From an uncultured bacterium (GTDB lineage: Bacteria > Oederibacteriota > Oederibacteriia > Oederibacteriales > Oederibacteriaceae): a DNA stretch of 64,000 nucleotides. Position 1 is the first letter of the stretch. Every line of letters begins with the position of its first letter. The position numbers and the translations under genes are program-made. The stretch spans positions 2,720,001-2,784,000 of the forward strand of contig OZ218778.1 of the NCBI GenBank assembly GCA_965112635.1, read 5' to 3'. Below, piece by piece: positions 36,411 through 47,171 of the stretch. The notes beneath the pieces were generated by a model. It saw only the letters and a list, made by a program, of their open reading frames with translations, made no database searches and was not told the origin of the DNA.

Positions 36411-38243
36411 CTAGGCTTCGGCCGAGGCTTCCCTTTTCTGCACGCGCTTGCGTTCGGTTTCGCCCAGCAGTCTTTTCCTTAGGCGTAAATTTAGGGGCGT
36501 CACTTCCAGCAGTTCGTCTTTTTCCAAATATTCCAGGCATTGTTCCAGGCTCATTTTACGGTATGGGGTCAAGGTCAGCGCCTCATCCGAGGCTTTACTG
36601 CGCATATTGCTCATGGCCTTGGTTTTGCATACATTGACCACGATATCGTCATCCTTGCAGTTTTCTCCGACGATCATGCCGCCATAAACATCTACCCTAC
36701 TGGGGATGAAAAAAGTGCCCCTGTCCTGCAGTTGATACATGGCATAGGCCGTGGAGATCCCTTGCTCCATGGCGATCAAAACACCGCGGTTCCTGCCTGG
36801 CAAAGCCCCTTGGTATTCTCCGTAACCGTCGAACATATGGTTCAGGATGCCCTCGCCCCGGGTATCCGTCAAAAACTCTGACCGGTATCCCAGCAATCCC
36901 CGGGACGGTATCCTAAATTCCAGACGGGTATGCCCTTCTCCGGAAGGGTGCATATTGGCCATGTTCCCACGGCGGACGCCGGTTTTTTCCATGCATACGC
37001 CCACGTATTCCGTGGGCACGTCCAGGACCAGGTACTCGTAAGGCTCCAAGGTCTCACCCTTGGGCCCGGCCTTGAGGATGACCTCAGGTTTGGAGACCAT
37101 GAACTCATACCCTTCCCGGCGCATGGTCTCGATCAGGATGCCTAAGTGCAGTTCGCCCCGGCCGGAAACTTTGAGGGAATCCGGGCTGTCCGTATCTTCC
37201 ACCTTTAAGCTCAGGTTGGTCAGCGCTTCTTTATAAAGACGTTCCCTAAGATGTCGGGAGGTCACGAATTTGCCTTCCTTGCCGAAAAAGGGGCTGTTAT
37301 TGGAGGAAAAGATCATGTTCAGGGTCGGCTCGTCCACCTGGATAGCCGGCAAAGCCACCGGGTTTTCCACCGAAGCGACGGTTTCACCTATCTTGATGTC
37401 TTCTAGCCCTCCGACCGCCACGATATCTCCGGTCCCGGCCTGCTCGATCTCCACCCGCTTGAGCCCCTCATAGGTGGAAAGATGGGTGACCTTAAAATTG
37501 ACCACATCCCCGCCCAGCCTCACGCAGGAAACCTGCTGGTTCTTGGCCAGGGTACCGTTGGAGATCCTGCCCACGGCCAGTCTGCCCAGGTAATCGCTGT
37601 AATCCGTAGTGGTGACCATCATCTGCACCGGGGCGTTTTCATCGCCCTCGGGAGCCGGGATCTTTTTCAGGATGGTTTCCAGCAGGGGCCGCAGGTCCTT
37701 GCCCTCCTCGCGGAGATGCTCTTTGGCCATGCCCTGCCGGGAAGAGGCGTAGAGGAGAGGAAAATCCAGGTGGTGCTCCTCGGCTCCCAAAGCGATAAAA
37801 AGATCCAGGATTTTATCCAGCGTTTCCGCGGGCTGGGCATCCTTGCGGTCGATCTTGTTGATGACCACGATGATCTTGAGGTTTTTCTCCAGGGCTTTTT
37901 TAAGGACGAACTTGGTCTGGGGCAAAGGCCCTTCGGCGGCGTCCACCAAAAGAAGCACCCCGGAAACCATCTGCAAAATGCGCTCCACTTCCCCGCCGAA
38001 ATCCGCGTGCCCGGGGGTGTCCACGATGTTGAACTTGACGCCCTGATAAACAATAGAAGCGCTCTTGGAAAAAATGGTGATGCCGCGCTCCCGTTCCAGC
38101 TCGTTGCTGTCCATCACGCAATCCAGGACCTGCTCATTCTGCCTGAACACGCCGCTCTGCCGCAGCAGGCCGTCTACCAGCGTGGTCTTACCGTGGTCCA
38201 CATGGGCGACAATGGCAAAATTCCTTATGTTCTTTTTATCCAT
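36411..38243 (-). CDS. typA: Translational GTPase TypA/BipA
   Basis: [47 protein letters not shown]. Confidence 0.98.
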   Translation of the reverse strand: MDKKNIRNFAIVAHVDHGKTTLVDGLLRQSGVFRQNEQVLDCVMDSNELERERGITIFSKSASIVYQGVKFNIVDTPGHADFGGEVERILQMVSGVLLLVDAAEGPLPQTKFVLKKALEKNLKIIVVINKIDRKDAQPAETLDKILDLFIALGAEEHHLDFPLLYASSRQGMAKEHLREEGKDLRPLLETILKKIPAPEGDENAPVQMMVTTTDYSDYLGRLAVGRISNGTLAKNQQVSCVRLGGDVVNFKVTHLSTYEGLKRVEIEQAGTGDIVAVGGLEDIKIGETVASVENPVALPAIQVDEPTLNMIFSSNNSPFFGKEGKFVTSRHLRERLYKEALTNLSLKVEDTDSPDSLKVSGRGELHLGILIETMRREGYEFMVSKPEVILKAGPKGETLEPYEYLVLDVPTEYVGVCMEKTGVRRGNMANMHPSGEGHTRLEFRIPSRGLLGYRSEFLTDTRGEGILNHMFDGYGEYQGALPGRNRGVLIAMEQGISTAYAMYQLQDRGTFFIPSRVDVYGGMIVGENCKDDDIVVNVCKTKAMSNMRSKASDEALTLTPYRKMSLEQCLEYLEKDELLEVTPLNLRLRKRLLGETERKRVQKREASAEA

Positions 38244-38306
38244 AATATTCAAATCCTCATTTCAGTTTCTTTTTGGGAGAAAGGGTTTGCAAGATGGAAA
38301 GGCTGG

Positions 38307-39011
38307 TTAGGCGACTTCCAAAGGTCCCTGATACCGCCCCAGGATCAGGTCGGCCAGCACCAGATCTTCGGGCACCGTGATCTTGATATTCTCGTAAGAG
38401 CCTTCCACGATCCGGACGGGCTTGCCCAGACGCTCCACCAGGGAGGCCTCGTCCGTGGAAACGAACTTGTCCGCGAGTGCCTTTTCAAAAGCCTCAAAAA
38501 GCAGTCCGGTCTCAAAGACCTGGGGCGTCTGGGCGCTCATGAGCTTGCTCCGGTCCAGGGTCTCCTGGATGACCATGGAGCTTTTGACGGACTTAATGGT
38601 GTCTTTGACTGCCACTCCCAGGATGGCCGCCTTGGTTTCCCCAGCTGTTTCCACCACTTTTCGCACCAGTTCCGGCGGGCACAGCGGCCTGACCGCGTCA
38701 TGGACCAGGATCAGGTCCCACTCCCTGCCGGCTTTTTTCAGGGCATTCCACACCGACTCCTGCCGGGTCTTGCCCCCGACCACCACCTCGGCCACTTTCT
38801 GCAAATGATATTTTTCCACCATCAACCCGCAGGAGGAAACCTCTTCCTGCGGTCCGGCCACCCAGATCTTCTCAATAAAGGGCTGTCTTTCCAGCAAATC
38901 CAAGGTATGGGCCAGGATAGGCTTGCCTTTCAAAAGTAAAAAAGGCTTTTTAACCTTGCCCTTCATCCTCTTGCCTTCACCCGCGGCCGGAACAATGGCA
39001 GCGACCCTCAA
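38307..39011 (-). CDS. ispD: 2-C-methyl-D-erythritol 4-phosphate cytidylyltransferase
   Basis: [42 protein letters not shown]. Confidence 0.96.
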   Translation of the reverse strand: MRVAAIVPAAGEGKRMKGKVKKPFLLLKGKPILAHTLDLLERQPFIEKIWVAGPQEEVSSCGLMVEKYHLQKVAEVVVGGKTRQESVWNALKKAGREWDLILVHDAVRPLCPPELVRKVVETAGETKAAILGVAVKDTIKSVKSSMVIQETLDRSKLMSAQTPQVFETGLLFEAFEKALADKFVSTDEASLVERLGKPVRIVEGSYENIKITVPEDLVLADLILGRYQGPLEVA

Positions 39012-39024
39012 AAAGCCCTCCTGT

Positions 39025-39152
39025 TAACAGTCTGCCAAAAGAGTGGTTTTTCACATTCATTCAGCAGACTGTTACTCCGAGATTTCCTCTGAAATCGAGG
39101 AGCTTCGTCCTTCTTGTTGAGCTGAAAAAGTCTCTAATTGGACTTTTTCAGC
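39025..39152. repeat. Intergenic inverted repeats (MITE-like remnant)
   Basis: TAACAGTCTGC (39025-35)/GCAGACTGTTA (39064-74); GCTGAAAAAGTC (39121-32)/GACTTTTTCAGC (39141-52). Confidence 0.55.
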
Positions 39153-39164
39153 GGACTCTTGGTT

Positions 39165-40139
39165 TTAGTGGTTATCCGCCTTGCGGGTAAAGATCATGCG
39201 CCCGGCAGTGGTCTGCAGAACGCTCGTCACCACGGCGTCGATATCCTGTCCGATGTAATGCCTGCCGTTCTCCACGATCACCATGGTACCGTCGTCGAGA
39301 TAACCCACTCCCTGCCCGCTTTCCTTGCCTTCCTTCAGGACCTTGATCCTCATGACTTCGCCCGGCATGACCACGGATTTGACCGCATTGGCCAGGTCGT
39401 TGACGTTGAGGACCTTGACCCCCTGCAGTTCCGCGACCTTGTTGAGGTTAAAATCGTTGGTCACAACAACGCCCTGGAGGACCTTGGACAACTCCACCAG
39501 TTTTTCGTCGACCTCCGGGATATGGGGAAAATCCTTCTCAAAGATCTTGATATCCACGCCTTTCTTTTTCTGCATCATATTCAAGATGTCCAGGCCCCGG
39601 CGCCCCCGCGCCCTTTTGATAGGGTCGGAAGAATCAGCCACCCGCTGGAGCTCCTGCAAAACGAACCGCGGGATAATCATCGGCCCTTCCACGAAACCCG
39701 TGCCTACGATGTCCGCAATGCGGCCGTCGATGATGACGCTGGTATCCAGTATCTTGGATTTGGCGTTGAGAGCCGGGTCGAACAGGGCGATCTCCTGCCT
39801 CTTTTTGATGCCGACCATCAGGCCCAGGTAACCGAAGAAGAAATACAAAAGCAAGCGGCCCAGGTTCAGAACAGTCTCCTCATTGATGATGGCGGTCATG
39901 GGCAATGAAATCAAAAATGCCAGTAAAAGCCCGAAAGCCAGGCCGATCGCGCCCAATGCGGTTTCCTTGAGGGAAATGTTATCCAGGGTGACTTCCAAAA
40001 GAACGATGATGCCGGAGATCAGGAGGCCGCCAGCGGCGCCCACCCAGATGGAAAAACCCCTTTCCATATTCCTCAGGATCAGCGCCCCGGCCAGAGCGCC
40101 GCAGAAAACAAATAGAACTCTAAGTCTTTTAACTCCCAT
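39165..40139 (-). CDS. PIN/TRAM domain membrane protein (YacL-like)
   Basis: N-terminal TMs; LDTSVIIDGRI, TNDFNLNKVA, GVGYLDDGTM, QTTAGRMIF. Confidence 0.95.
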   Translation of the reverse strand: MGVKRLRVLFVFCGALAGALILRNMERGFSIWVGAAGGLLISGIIVLLEVTLDNISLKETALGAIGLAFGLLLAFLISLPMTAIINEETVLNLGRLLLYFFFGYLGLMVGIKKRQEIALFDPALNAKSKILDTSVIIDGRIADIVGTGFVEGPMIIPRFVLQELQRVADSSDPIKRARGRRGLDILNMMQKKKGVDIKIFEKDFPHIPEVDEKLVELSKVLQGVVVTNDFNLNKVAELQGVKVLNVNDLANAVKSVVMPGEVMRIKVLKEGKESGQGVGYLDDGTMVIVENGRHYIGQDIDAVVTSVLQTTAGRMIFTRKADNH

Positions 40140-40206
40140 TCCGTAACACCTCCTGTCTTTTTAAAACAAACCCCCTCACCCGTCGATCTTTAGGCAAGGT
40201 CGGTGA

Positions 40207-41595
40207 TCACGATAAAACTTTTTTGAGATCTTTTCTGCGTAAAAGCTGGTCAATGGCTTCTCTCAGGTCCGCGACCCCGATGACCTCCAGGGGCGCCTTT
40301 TTGCCCAGCGATTTAAGCTGGTGCTGGGACAAATAACATTTTTTAAATCCCTGCTTGGCCGCTTCCATGACCCTTTTTTCTGCGTGCTGGACCCCCCGGA
40401 CCTCTCCGGCCAAGCCAATCTCGCCGAAAACGACCACTTCTTCAGGCACCGGGCAGTCCAGAGCGCTCGAAGCAATGGCTAGGGCCAGCCCCAAGTCGGT
40501 CGCCGGTTCCGTGGTCCTGAAACCGCCGGCCACGTTGGCAAAAATATCGTTTCCCTGCAACGGCAATCCGGCCTTTTTCTCCAGAACCGCCAACAGGATG
40601 CAAAACCGGTTGTAATCCACCCCGGTGGTCACACGCTGGGCCACCGGAAAGTTGGCCGGGCTGACCAGTGCCTGGATCTCGATCAGGAAAGGCCTGCTCC
40701 CCTCCATCGCGGGCACCACCACCGAACCCGAGGAACGGCTGGGCCTTTCGCTCAAAAGGAGCCGGGAGGGGTCCTTGACCTCCACCAGTCCCTGTTCCTG
40801 CATCTCAAAAAGGCCGATCTCGTTGGTCGAACCGAACCGGTTCTTGACAGCCCTCAAAACCCTGAGGTTGAGGAACCGATCGCCTTCAAAGTATAACACA
40901 GTATCAACCAGATGTTCCAAAACCCGCGGTCCCGCCAGGGACCCGTCTTTGGTAACGTGGCCCACTAGGAAAACGGGAATGCCCAAGTTTTTACACAGGG
41001 AAAAGAATAGGTGGCTGCACTCCCTTACCTGGCTGACACTGCCCGGCGCCGCCGGGACCTCGGGACGGTAAAGGGATTGGATGGAATCGATGATCACGCA
41101 ATGAGGCTTTTGTTGCTGGATGTGCTGGGCAATGACATCCGCGTTGTTCTCGGACAGCACAAAAAGGCCCGGGGCGTCCGCCTTGAGACGACTGCTCCGC
41201 AGTTTGGTCTGTGACACGGACTCCTCGCCTGAAACATAGAGAACCTTGGAGCCCTTCTCCGCCAGGGAGTGGCACATCTGGAGCAGCAGAGTGGACTTGC
41301 CGATGCCCGGCTCACCACCGATCAAAGTAAAACTTCCCGGCACGATGCCTCCGCCCATCAACCGATCCAGTTCCCCCAGCCCGGTGTTCAGGCGCTTGAC
41401 GTCCTCCTCTTTGACCTCTCTTAACGAGGTGACCTGGGCCGGGTTCTTGGAAAAGGGCAGGGTCTCATGGGGGGATTCTTCAGCTTGGACCTCTTCCTGG
41501 AGGGTATTCCACTTGCCGCAATCGGGGCAGCGGCCCAGCCAGCGGGCCGATTCATAACCGCACTCCTGGCAAACAAAGCTGGTCTTAGTCTTCAC
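40207..41595 (-). CDS. radA: DNA repair protein RadA/Sms
   Basis: CQECG..W.GRCPDC zinc finger, GEPGIGKST, KNRFG. Confidence 0.98.
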   Translation of the reverse strand: MKTKTSFVCQECGYESARWLGRCPDCGKWNTLQEEVQAEESPHETLPFSKNPAQVTSLREVKEEDVKRLNTGLGELDRLMGGGIVPGSFTLIGGEPGIGKSTLLLQMCHSLAEKGSKVLYVSGEESVSQTKLRSSRLKADAPGLFVLSENNADVIAQHIQQQKPHCVIIDSIQSLYRPEVPAAPGSVSQVRECSHLFFSLCKNLGIPVFLVGHVTKDGSLAGPRVLEHLVDTVLYFEGDRFLNLRVLRAVKNRFGSTNEIGLFEMQEQGLVEVKDPSRLLLSERPSRSSGSVVVPAMEGSRPFLIEIQALVSPANFPVAQRVTTGVDYNRFCILLAVLEKKAGLPLQGNDIFANVAGGFRTTEPATDLGLALAIASSALDCPVPEEVVVFGEIGLAGEVRGVQHAEKRVMEAAKQGFKKCYLSQHQLKSLGKKAPLEVIGVADLREAIDQLLRRKDLKKVLS

Positions 41596-41601
41596 GTCAA
41601 G

Positions 41602-42477
41602 CTACTTCTTCCACAAAAGTTTCCAGGGGTTTTTCTTGAGGTCCGCCACCAGGGATTTGATGTCATCCGCGAGCTGTTTGTCCGAAACCAGGGCGCCGAC
41701 CGTTCCCTCGCCCCTATCGATCTTCTGAGTGATGGAAGAAAGGGATTTTGAGGTCTGTTCCAGTTGGCTGGTGATGGTCCCCAGGTTGCTGATGGCTTTC
41801 TGAATCTGTTCTTTGTTGGTGGCGCTCGTGAGGTCGTTGAGGTTGCTGATCAAAGTGCCCAGGTTCTTGGCCAGGCTGTTGAGGGTCTCGGAGGCCTGGC
41901 TGAAGTTCTTCATGCCGTTATGGATGGCCGCCTTGTTGCCCTCCAGGATGTCATTGAGGTTCTGCATACTGGTCCCCGCGTTGCGGACCGTTCTGATGAG
42001 AGCCTCTTTCATCTGAGGGTCGCCGATGACCCCTCTTAATACATCCGCGATCTTATGCAGGGTCACCATAGTCTCGTCGCCGCTGACCGGGTCGTTGCCC
42101 CTCACCTCCGCGTTATTTTCCAGGTAACCGACACCGGCTTGGCGTGTGGGCACGTTGATCTCCACGTACTTTTCGCCGAGCAGACCCTGGGAATAGATCG
42201 TGATATCGGCGTCTTTCCTGATCTTGACCCCGGGGTCAATGGCCAGGACCACTTTGACCAGGTCTCCTTCAGACTTGAGGGCCTGGACCTTGCCGATCCC
42301 CACCCCGCCGGCGTATAAAACCTTGGCGTCGGTCTTGATGTTATTGACGAAGGAAAACAACACGTTGACAGTATAACCGCCGTGCCAGAAAGATAATCTT
42401 CCGACCATAAAAATAAAAATGGTCAGGAGGATCAAAGCGCTGGTGGCCATGATACCCACTTTGGTCTCTGGTTTCAT
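41602..42477 (-). CDS. mlaD: MlaD/MCE family protein
   Basis: ETKVG-TM anchor, MCE domain GLLGEKYVEI, helical tail, GEGTVGAL. Confidence 0.88.
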   Translation of the reverse strand: MKPETKVGIMATSALILLTIFIFMVGRLSFWHGGYTVNVLFSFVNNIKTDAKVLYAGGVGIGKVQALKSEGDLVKVVLAIDPGVKIRKDADITIYSQGLLGEKYVEINVPTRQAGVGYLENNAEVRGNDPVSGDETMVTLHKIADVLRGVIGDPQMKEALIRTVRNAGTSMQNLNDILEGNKAAIHNGMKNFSQASETLNSLAKNLGTLISNLNDLTSATNKEQIQKAISNLGTITSQLEQTSKSLSSITQKIDRGEGTVGALVSDKQLADDIKSLVADLKKNPWKLLWKK

Positions 42478-42478
42478 T

Positions 42479-43258
42479 CTACCCCCTCATAATATCGATA
42501 GGCCCGACCGCCTTGCCGTTGATGAACTGCTGCACTACAGGGTCCTGGCTCGATTTGATCTCTTCCGGCGACCCCTCGGCGATGATCTTGCCCTCGTAAA
42601 GCATAGCGATCCGGTCCGCGATCTTGTAGGCGCTCACCATGTCGTGCGTCACGACCACCGAGGTCTTGTGGAGCTTTGCCTGCAGGTCCAGGATCAGGTC
42701 GTTGATGGCATCCGCCATGATCGGGTCCAGGCCCGTGGTCGGTTCATCGTAAAGGATGATCTCCGGGTTCATGGCGATGGCCCGCGCCAGGCCCACCCTT
42801 TTGCGCATACCGCCGGAAAGTTCGGCCGGCTTTTTACGCTGCACCCCCGGCAGACCCACCAGGGCCAGCTTTTCCCTGACGACCGCCGCTTCCTGGTCCG
42901 GGGTCAGATCCCCGTAACGGTGCAGCCCAAAACTGACGTTCTCTTCCACGTCTAGGGAGTCAAAAAGTGCCGCTCCCTGGAAAAGCATGCCGAACTTCCT
43001 CCGCAGGATGGTCATCTGGTCCTCGTTTAGCATGGTGATATCCTTGCCGTCGACAAAAATATTACCGCTGTCCGGACGCAACAGGCCGATCAGGTGCTTC
43101 AAAAGTACGCTTTTGCCGCAGCCGCTCCGCCCGATGATGACCAAAGTCTCGCCCCGGTAGATCTTGAGATTGGTCCCATTGAGCACGATCTGCCCACCCA
43201 GGGATTTACCCAGGTTAGCGACCTCAATGATCACATCCTTTTGTTCGGGCATAAACAT
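42479..43258 (-). CDS. mlaF: Mla/Ttg2 ABC ATPase
   Basis: GRSGCGKS, LFQGAALFDS, LSGGMRKR, YDEPTTGLDP. Confidence 0.93.
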   Translation of the reverse strand: MFMPEQKDVIIEVANLGKSLGGQIVLNGTNLKIYRGETLVIIGRSGCGKSVLLKHLIGLLRPDSGNIFVDGKDITMLNEDQMTILRRKFGMLFQGAALFDSLDVEENVSFGLHRYGDLTPDQEAAVVREKLALVGLPGVQRKKPAELSGGMRKRVGLARAIAMNPEIILYDEPTTGLDPIMADAINDLILDLQAKLHKTSVVVTHDMVSAYKIADRIAMLYEGKIIAEGSPEEIKSSQDPVVQQFINGKAVGPIDIMRG

Positions 43259-43273
43259 CTCCTCAGCGGATAG

Positions 43274-44050
43274 CTAAAATAATAAAGCCGTTAGAAAATA
43301 ATCCGATACCAGGATACCCATTAAAGAAACGACTACCGACCAGGTCGTGGACTGCCCCACCCCCTCGGCTCCGCCCGTGGTCTTGAAACCTTTGTAGCAG
43401 CCGACCATGGCGATGATCGCCCCGAAGAAAACGGTCTTGATGAGACCGCTGAAAATATCTTTTAAGGTCAACATATCCAGAGCGTTATCAATAAAACTGG
43501 TCCCGGACAGGTTCAACTTGGCCGTAGCCACGATAAAACCCCCGAACACGCCAATCACATCCGCGAAAATGGTCAGAAGCGGCAGCATCACCAGGCAGGC
43601 TAGCAACCTGGGGACGGCGAGGTACTTAATGGGGTTGGTGGCCATAGTCACCAGGGCGTCGATCTGCTCCGTGACTTTCATGGTCCCAATTTCCGCGGCA
43701 ATGGAGGAGCCGATACGACCGGCCACGATCATGGCGGTCAGAAGCGGCCCCAATTCGCGCACCATCGGAATGGTGACCACTGCTCCAAGGTACTGGGAAA
43801 TGCCCACCATCTTGGACTCCAGCGTGATCCCTGACTGCAGGGCGAGGATCATTCCCGTGGAAAGCGCCGTGATCGTGGTCACGACAAGGGAATTGACCCC
43901 GATCTCTACCATCTGATTGATGGTATTGCGGATCTCCCAGGGCCTCTGCAGGGACAGCTGCAGGGTCTGGAAAAACAAGACGAGGATCTGTCCCAGGTCA
44001 TCCACAAAAGCAATGACCGTCTTGCCTACCGCCCGGATGTATTGCAGCAT
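43274..44050 (-). CDS. mlaE: MlaE permease
   Basis: RELGPLLTA, AAEIGTMKVTEQIDAL, GGAEGVG.STT. Confidence 0.95.
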   Translation of the reverse strand: MLQYIRAVGKTVIAFVDDLGQILVLFFQTLQLSLQRPWEIRNTINQMVEIGVNSLVVTTITALSTGMILALQSGITLESKMVGISQYLGAVVTIPMVRELGPLLTAMIVAGRIGSSIAAEIGTMKVTEQIDALVTMATNPIKYLAVPRLLACLVMLPLLTIFADVIGVFGGFIVATAKLNLSGTSFIDNALDMLTLKDIFSGLIKTVFFGAIIAMVGCYKGFKTTGGAEGVGQSTTWSVVVSLMGILVSDYFLTALLF

Positions 44051-44062
44051 AAAAACCCTTCT

Positions 44063-45199
44063 TTAACCAGTTTTGGCGACCCTGCGAACCCGCTGGGTGA
44101 TCAGGGTCGTGACTTCGTAATTAATAGTATTTAACTTTTTAGCAATTTCCTCAACAGTAATAATATCCTTACCCTGCCTGCCTATCAAGACGACCTCATC
44201 GCCGATCCTGGCATTTTTGATCTTGCCCGCATCGACCATGCAGGCGTCCATACACACGACGCCAACGACCGGGACCCTTTTCCCGTGGAGTAAAACCTCA
44301 GCCTGGTTGCCCAGCCGTCTGAGATACCCGTCCCCATAACCAACAGGAAGAGTCGCAATGAGGGTTGGTTTTTTAGTCCTAAAAGTGTGGCCGTAACTGA
44401 TCCCCGTGCCAGCGGGTACCCTTTTGAGGTAATCCACCCGCGTTTTCAGCGTCAGGACGGGTTTTAAGGAGATGTGTCTTTGGTGGGCTGGATGAGGATA
44501 CAACCCGTACAGGATAAGTCCCGGCCTGACCATATCCAGATGCGACTCGGGAAAAGACAGCAAGGAGGTGCTGTTGGCCATGTGTCTGCAAAATCCTCCC
44601 AAACCCCGGCCTTCCAGGTCAGTCAGCGTCCTGTTGAACATTTTGATCTGGTCCAGGCTGAACTGCTTGTCCGGGTAGGACAGGGGGAAGTGGCTGAAGA
44701 TGCCTTTGATCCTCAAATGAGGCAGCCGGGAAACTTTTTCCATGAACGGAAGGACGTCTTGGGGAAAAATGCCCAGACGCCCCATGCCCGTGTCCACTTT
44801 GATATGGACATTGGCGGTAAGGGATGGGCGCTTCAGGGAACGCGCCAGCCTTGACGCGGCCCGGGACAAAGCCTCGGCCAAGTCCAGAGTGCAGACCGAG
44901 GCCTCCAGGCCGGCCTCCACGACTTTTTCGGCTTCTTGGGGGAGGGCTTGAACGAGGAGCAGGATAGGCTTTTTAATCCCCAGCTTTTTGAGGGCCTTGC
45001 CTTCCCAGGGGGTTGCCACTCCAAAGGCATCGACCCCGCTGCGGTCCAGCACCGGCGCGACCAGCGAACTGTCATGGCCGTAGGCATTGGCCTTGACCAC
45101 GGCCAAAATCTTGGTGCGGGGTTGGAGCTTATTCCTGATCGCAGAAACATTGTGACGCAGGGCTTCGAGGTCTATTTCGACCCAAGTCTTGGGGTTCAA
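44063..45199 (-). CDS. alr: Alanine racemase
   Basis: AVVKANAYGH, KVDTGMGRLG, VRPG..LYG, GYGDG, CMD. Confidence 0.97.
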   Translation of the reverse strand: MNPKTWVEIDLEALRHNVSAIRNKLQPRTKILAVVKANAYGHDSSLVAPVLDRSGVDAFGVATPWEGKALKKLGIKKPILLLVQALPQEAEKVVEAGLEASVCTLDLAEALSRAASRLARSLKRPSLTANVHIKVDTGMGRLGIFPQDVLPFMEKVSRLPHLRIKGIFSHFPLSYPDKQFSLDQIKMFNRTLTDLEGRGLGGFCRHMANSTSLLSFPESHLDMVRPGLILYGLYPHPAHQRHISLKPVLTLKTRVDYLKRVPAGTGISYGHTFRTKKPTLIATLPVGYGDGYLRRLGNQAEVLLHGKRVPVVGVVCMDACMVDAGKIKNARIGDEVVLIGRQGKDIITVEEIAKKLNTINYEVTTLITQRVRRVAKTG

Positions 45200-45209
45200 G
45201 GGAGGGGGC

Positions 45210-46583
45210 CTACTGTTCTTCGGGTTCTTGGGCCATGGAATACGGCCTGAAACTGGTGAACTCTTTCATAAACACCAGCTTGAGCGAACCAAGCGGCCCG
45301 TTGCGGTTCTTGGCCACTTCCAAAATGCGCGTCCGGTCCTCTTCGCTCTCTTCTTCTTCGTTCTTCTTGAGCTCCTTGTAGAGCAACAAAACGACGTCCG
45401 CGTCTTGCTCCAGGGAGCCGCTCTCCCGCAGGTCCGACAGCTGGGGCTTGCGGCGGCTCTCCCCGCGCGCCGCCCCTTCCATGTTGCGGGTGAGCTGGCA
45501 AAGCGCCAGGACGGGGATATTGAGCTCCTTGGCCAGGGCCTTGAGAGAATGCGAGATCTGGCTGACTTCGACCTGCCGGCTTTCCACCCGGCGGGTGTCA
45601 TGGATCAGCTGGAGGTAGTCCACGATGATGATGCCGATGTCCTTGTCGGCTTTGATACGCCGCGCCTTGGCCCTGAGCTCCATGGAGCTCAAATAGCTGG
45701 AATCGTCGATGTAGATCTGGGCTTCGTCATACAACCCTGCGGCCGTGGCCAGCTTGGTGACATCGTCGCTCTGGGAAAATCCTGTATAGAGGTCGTGGAG
45801 GTTGACGCTTGCCTGGGCACAAAGGAGCCTTCCCACCAGTTCGGGGGCGGTCATTTCCAGGGAAAAGAAGGCGACCGGCACTTTTTGGGTGATACTCAGC
45901 CACCGGGTGATATCCAAAGCCAGGCTTGTCTTGCCCAGCGAAGGACGGGCGCCCAGGATGATGAAATTGCCGTTTTGGAAACCTCTCAGATAGTGGTCCA
46001 GCTGTTCAAACCCGGAGGTGACCCCGGAGTTCCAACCCTCTCCGTGCTTGATGCTGGCCATCTCGTTATAGGTGCTCCGGACAAGGGATTTGAAGTCCTT
46101 GAAATCCTTCCTGAGGGCCTGCTGGGAGATGGAAAAGATCTGCGACTCGGCGAAATCCACCAGCTTGTCCACTTCTTCCTCAGCCTTAAAAGAACGGGTG
46201 GCGATCTCGTTGGCCGCCTGGTTGAGGCGCCGCAGCATCGCGTTGTCCTTGACAATCTGGGCATAGTGGGCGGCATGGGCCGAAGTGGCCACGCTGTCGA
46301 GGATCTCGGTCAGGAACACGGCGCCTCCGACCCGTTCCAGCAGATTCTGGCGCTTGAGGTCGTCGCTCACCGTGATCAGGTCGATGGGCTGGTTCTTGTC
46401 GTAAAGGTTAAGGATGGATTGGTAGACGGTCTTATGGGAATCAAGATAGAAATCCTCGGGGCTTAAAAGCTCCCGGATGTTGATCAACGACTTGGGGTCC
46501 CTGAGGATCGCTCCCAAGACCGAGCGCTCCCCTTCCAGGCTGTGCGGAGGCACCTGGAAAGGGGCTGGAGAAGACGGAACCAT
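45210..46583 (-). CDS. dnaB: Replicative DNA helicase
   Basis: PPHSLEGE, ARPSLGKT, FSLEM, DYLQL, DLRESGSLEQDAD, KNRNGP; no intein. Confidence 0.98.
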   Translation of the reverse strand: MVPSSPAPFQVPPHSLEGERSVLGAILRDPKSLINIRELLSPEDFYLDSHKTVYQSILNLYDKNQPIDLITVSDDLKRQNLLERVGGAVFLTEILDSVATSAHAAHYAQIVKDNAMLRRLNQAANEIATRSFKAEEEVDKLVDFAESQIFSISQQALRKDFKDFKSLVRSTYNEMASIKHGEGWNSGVTSGFEQLDHYLRGFQNGNFIILGARPSLGKTSLALDITRWLSITQKVPVAFFSLEMTAPELVGRLLCAQASVNLHDLYTGFSQSDDVTKLATAAGLYDEAQIYIDDSSYLSSMELRAKARRIKADKDIGIIIVDYLQLIHDTRRVESRQVEVSQISHSLKALAKELNIPVLALCQLTRNMEGAARGESRRKPQLSDLRESGSLEQDADVVLLLYKELKKNEEEESEEDRTRILEVAKNRNGPLGSLKLVFMKEFTSFRPYSMAQEPEEQ

Positions 46584-46586
46584 GGA

Positions 46587-47108
46587 TTAGCTCTCCTTAT
46601 CAGCCTTCTTGGTTCGTTTCGCGGCTGGCTTTTTCTCTGTCTTTTTGGCGGCCTTTTCCGGGGCGGCCTGCGCGACCACCTGGACGCTCAGGTTGGCTTT
46701 GATTTCGTGGGCCAGGGCGATCGGGATGGAAAATTGGCCGACGGTCTTTAAGGGTTCCGCCAGTTCGATCTTGCGCCTGTCCACCTCGAACCCCTTGGCC
46801 TTGAGGGCCTCGGCAATATCGTGGGCGGTCACGGACCCGAACAACTTGCCTTCTTCCCCGGTGGTCTTCTCGATCACCAGCGAAAGGCTCTCCATCTGCT
46901 TGGCCAGGGCCTCGACCTCCGTCTTTTCCTTGGCGGCTTTGGCCGCGTGGGCCTTTTGAAGGTCCGCCACAAGCTTCAGATTGCTCTCGGTGGCCTCGAG
47001 GACGATCTTTTTGGGGAGCAGGTAATTCCGGGCATACCCTTCGGCCACGCTGACGACTTCGCCCACTTTCCCCAGCTTTTCAATGTTCTCTTTCAGGATC
47101 ACTTTCAT
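46587..47108 (-). CDS. rplI: 50S ribosomal protein L9
   Basis: MKVIL, GYARNYLLP, KLFGSVT. Confidence 0.98.
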   Translation of the reverse strand: MKVILKENIEKLGKVGEVVSVAEGYARNYLLPKKIVLEATESNLKLVADLQKAHAAKAAKEKTEVEALAKQMESLSLVIEKTTGEEGKLFGSVTAHDIAEALKAKGFEVDRRKIELAEPLKTVGQFSIPIALAHEIKANLSVQVVAQAAPEKAAKKTEKKPAAKRTKKADKES

Positions 47109-47171
47109 TTTGACACCCTCCTCGTTAATTTTGGATAGATGATATCCAGCATATTTCCAACCGGGCCTTGA

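Noticed and set aside
37482-38939. Long antisense ORFs (also 8624..9556, 45189..46466, 48118..49155, 50246..51358, 51456..53030, 55614..56903, 60159..61331)
   Set aside because: Opposite well-conserved genes; expected from high-GC3 codon bias
45210-46583. Intein in DnaB
   Set aside because: Normal length (457 aa) with contiguous motifs
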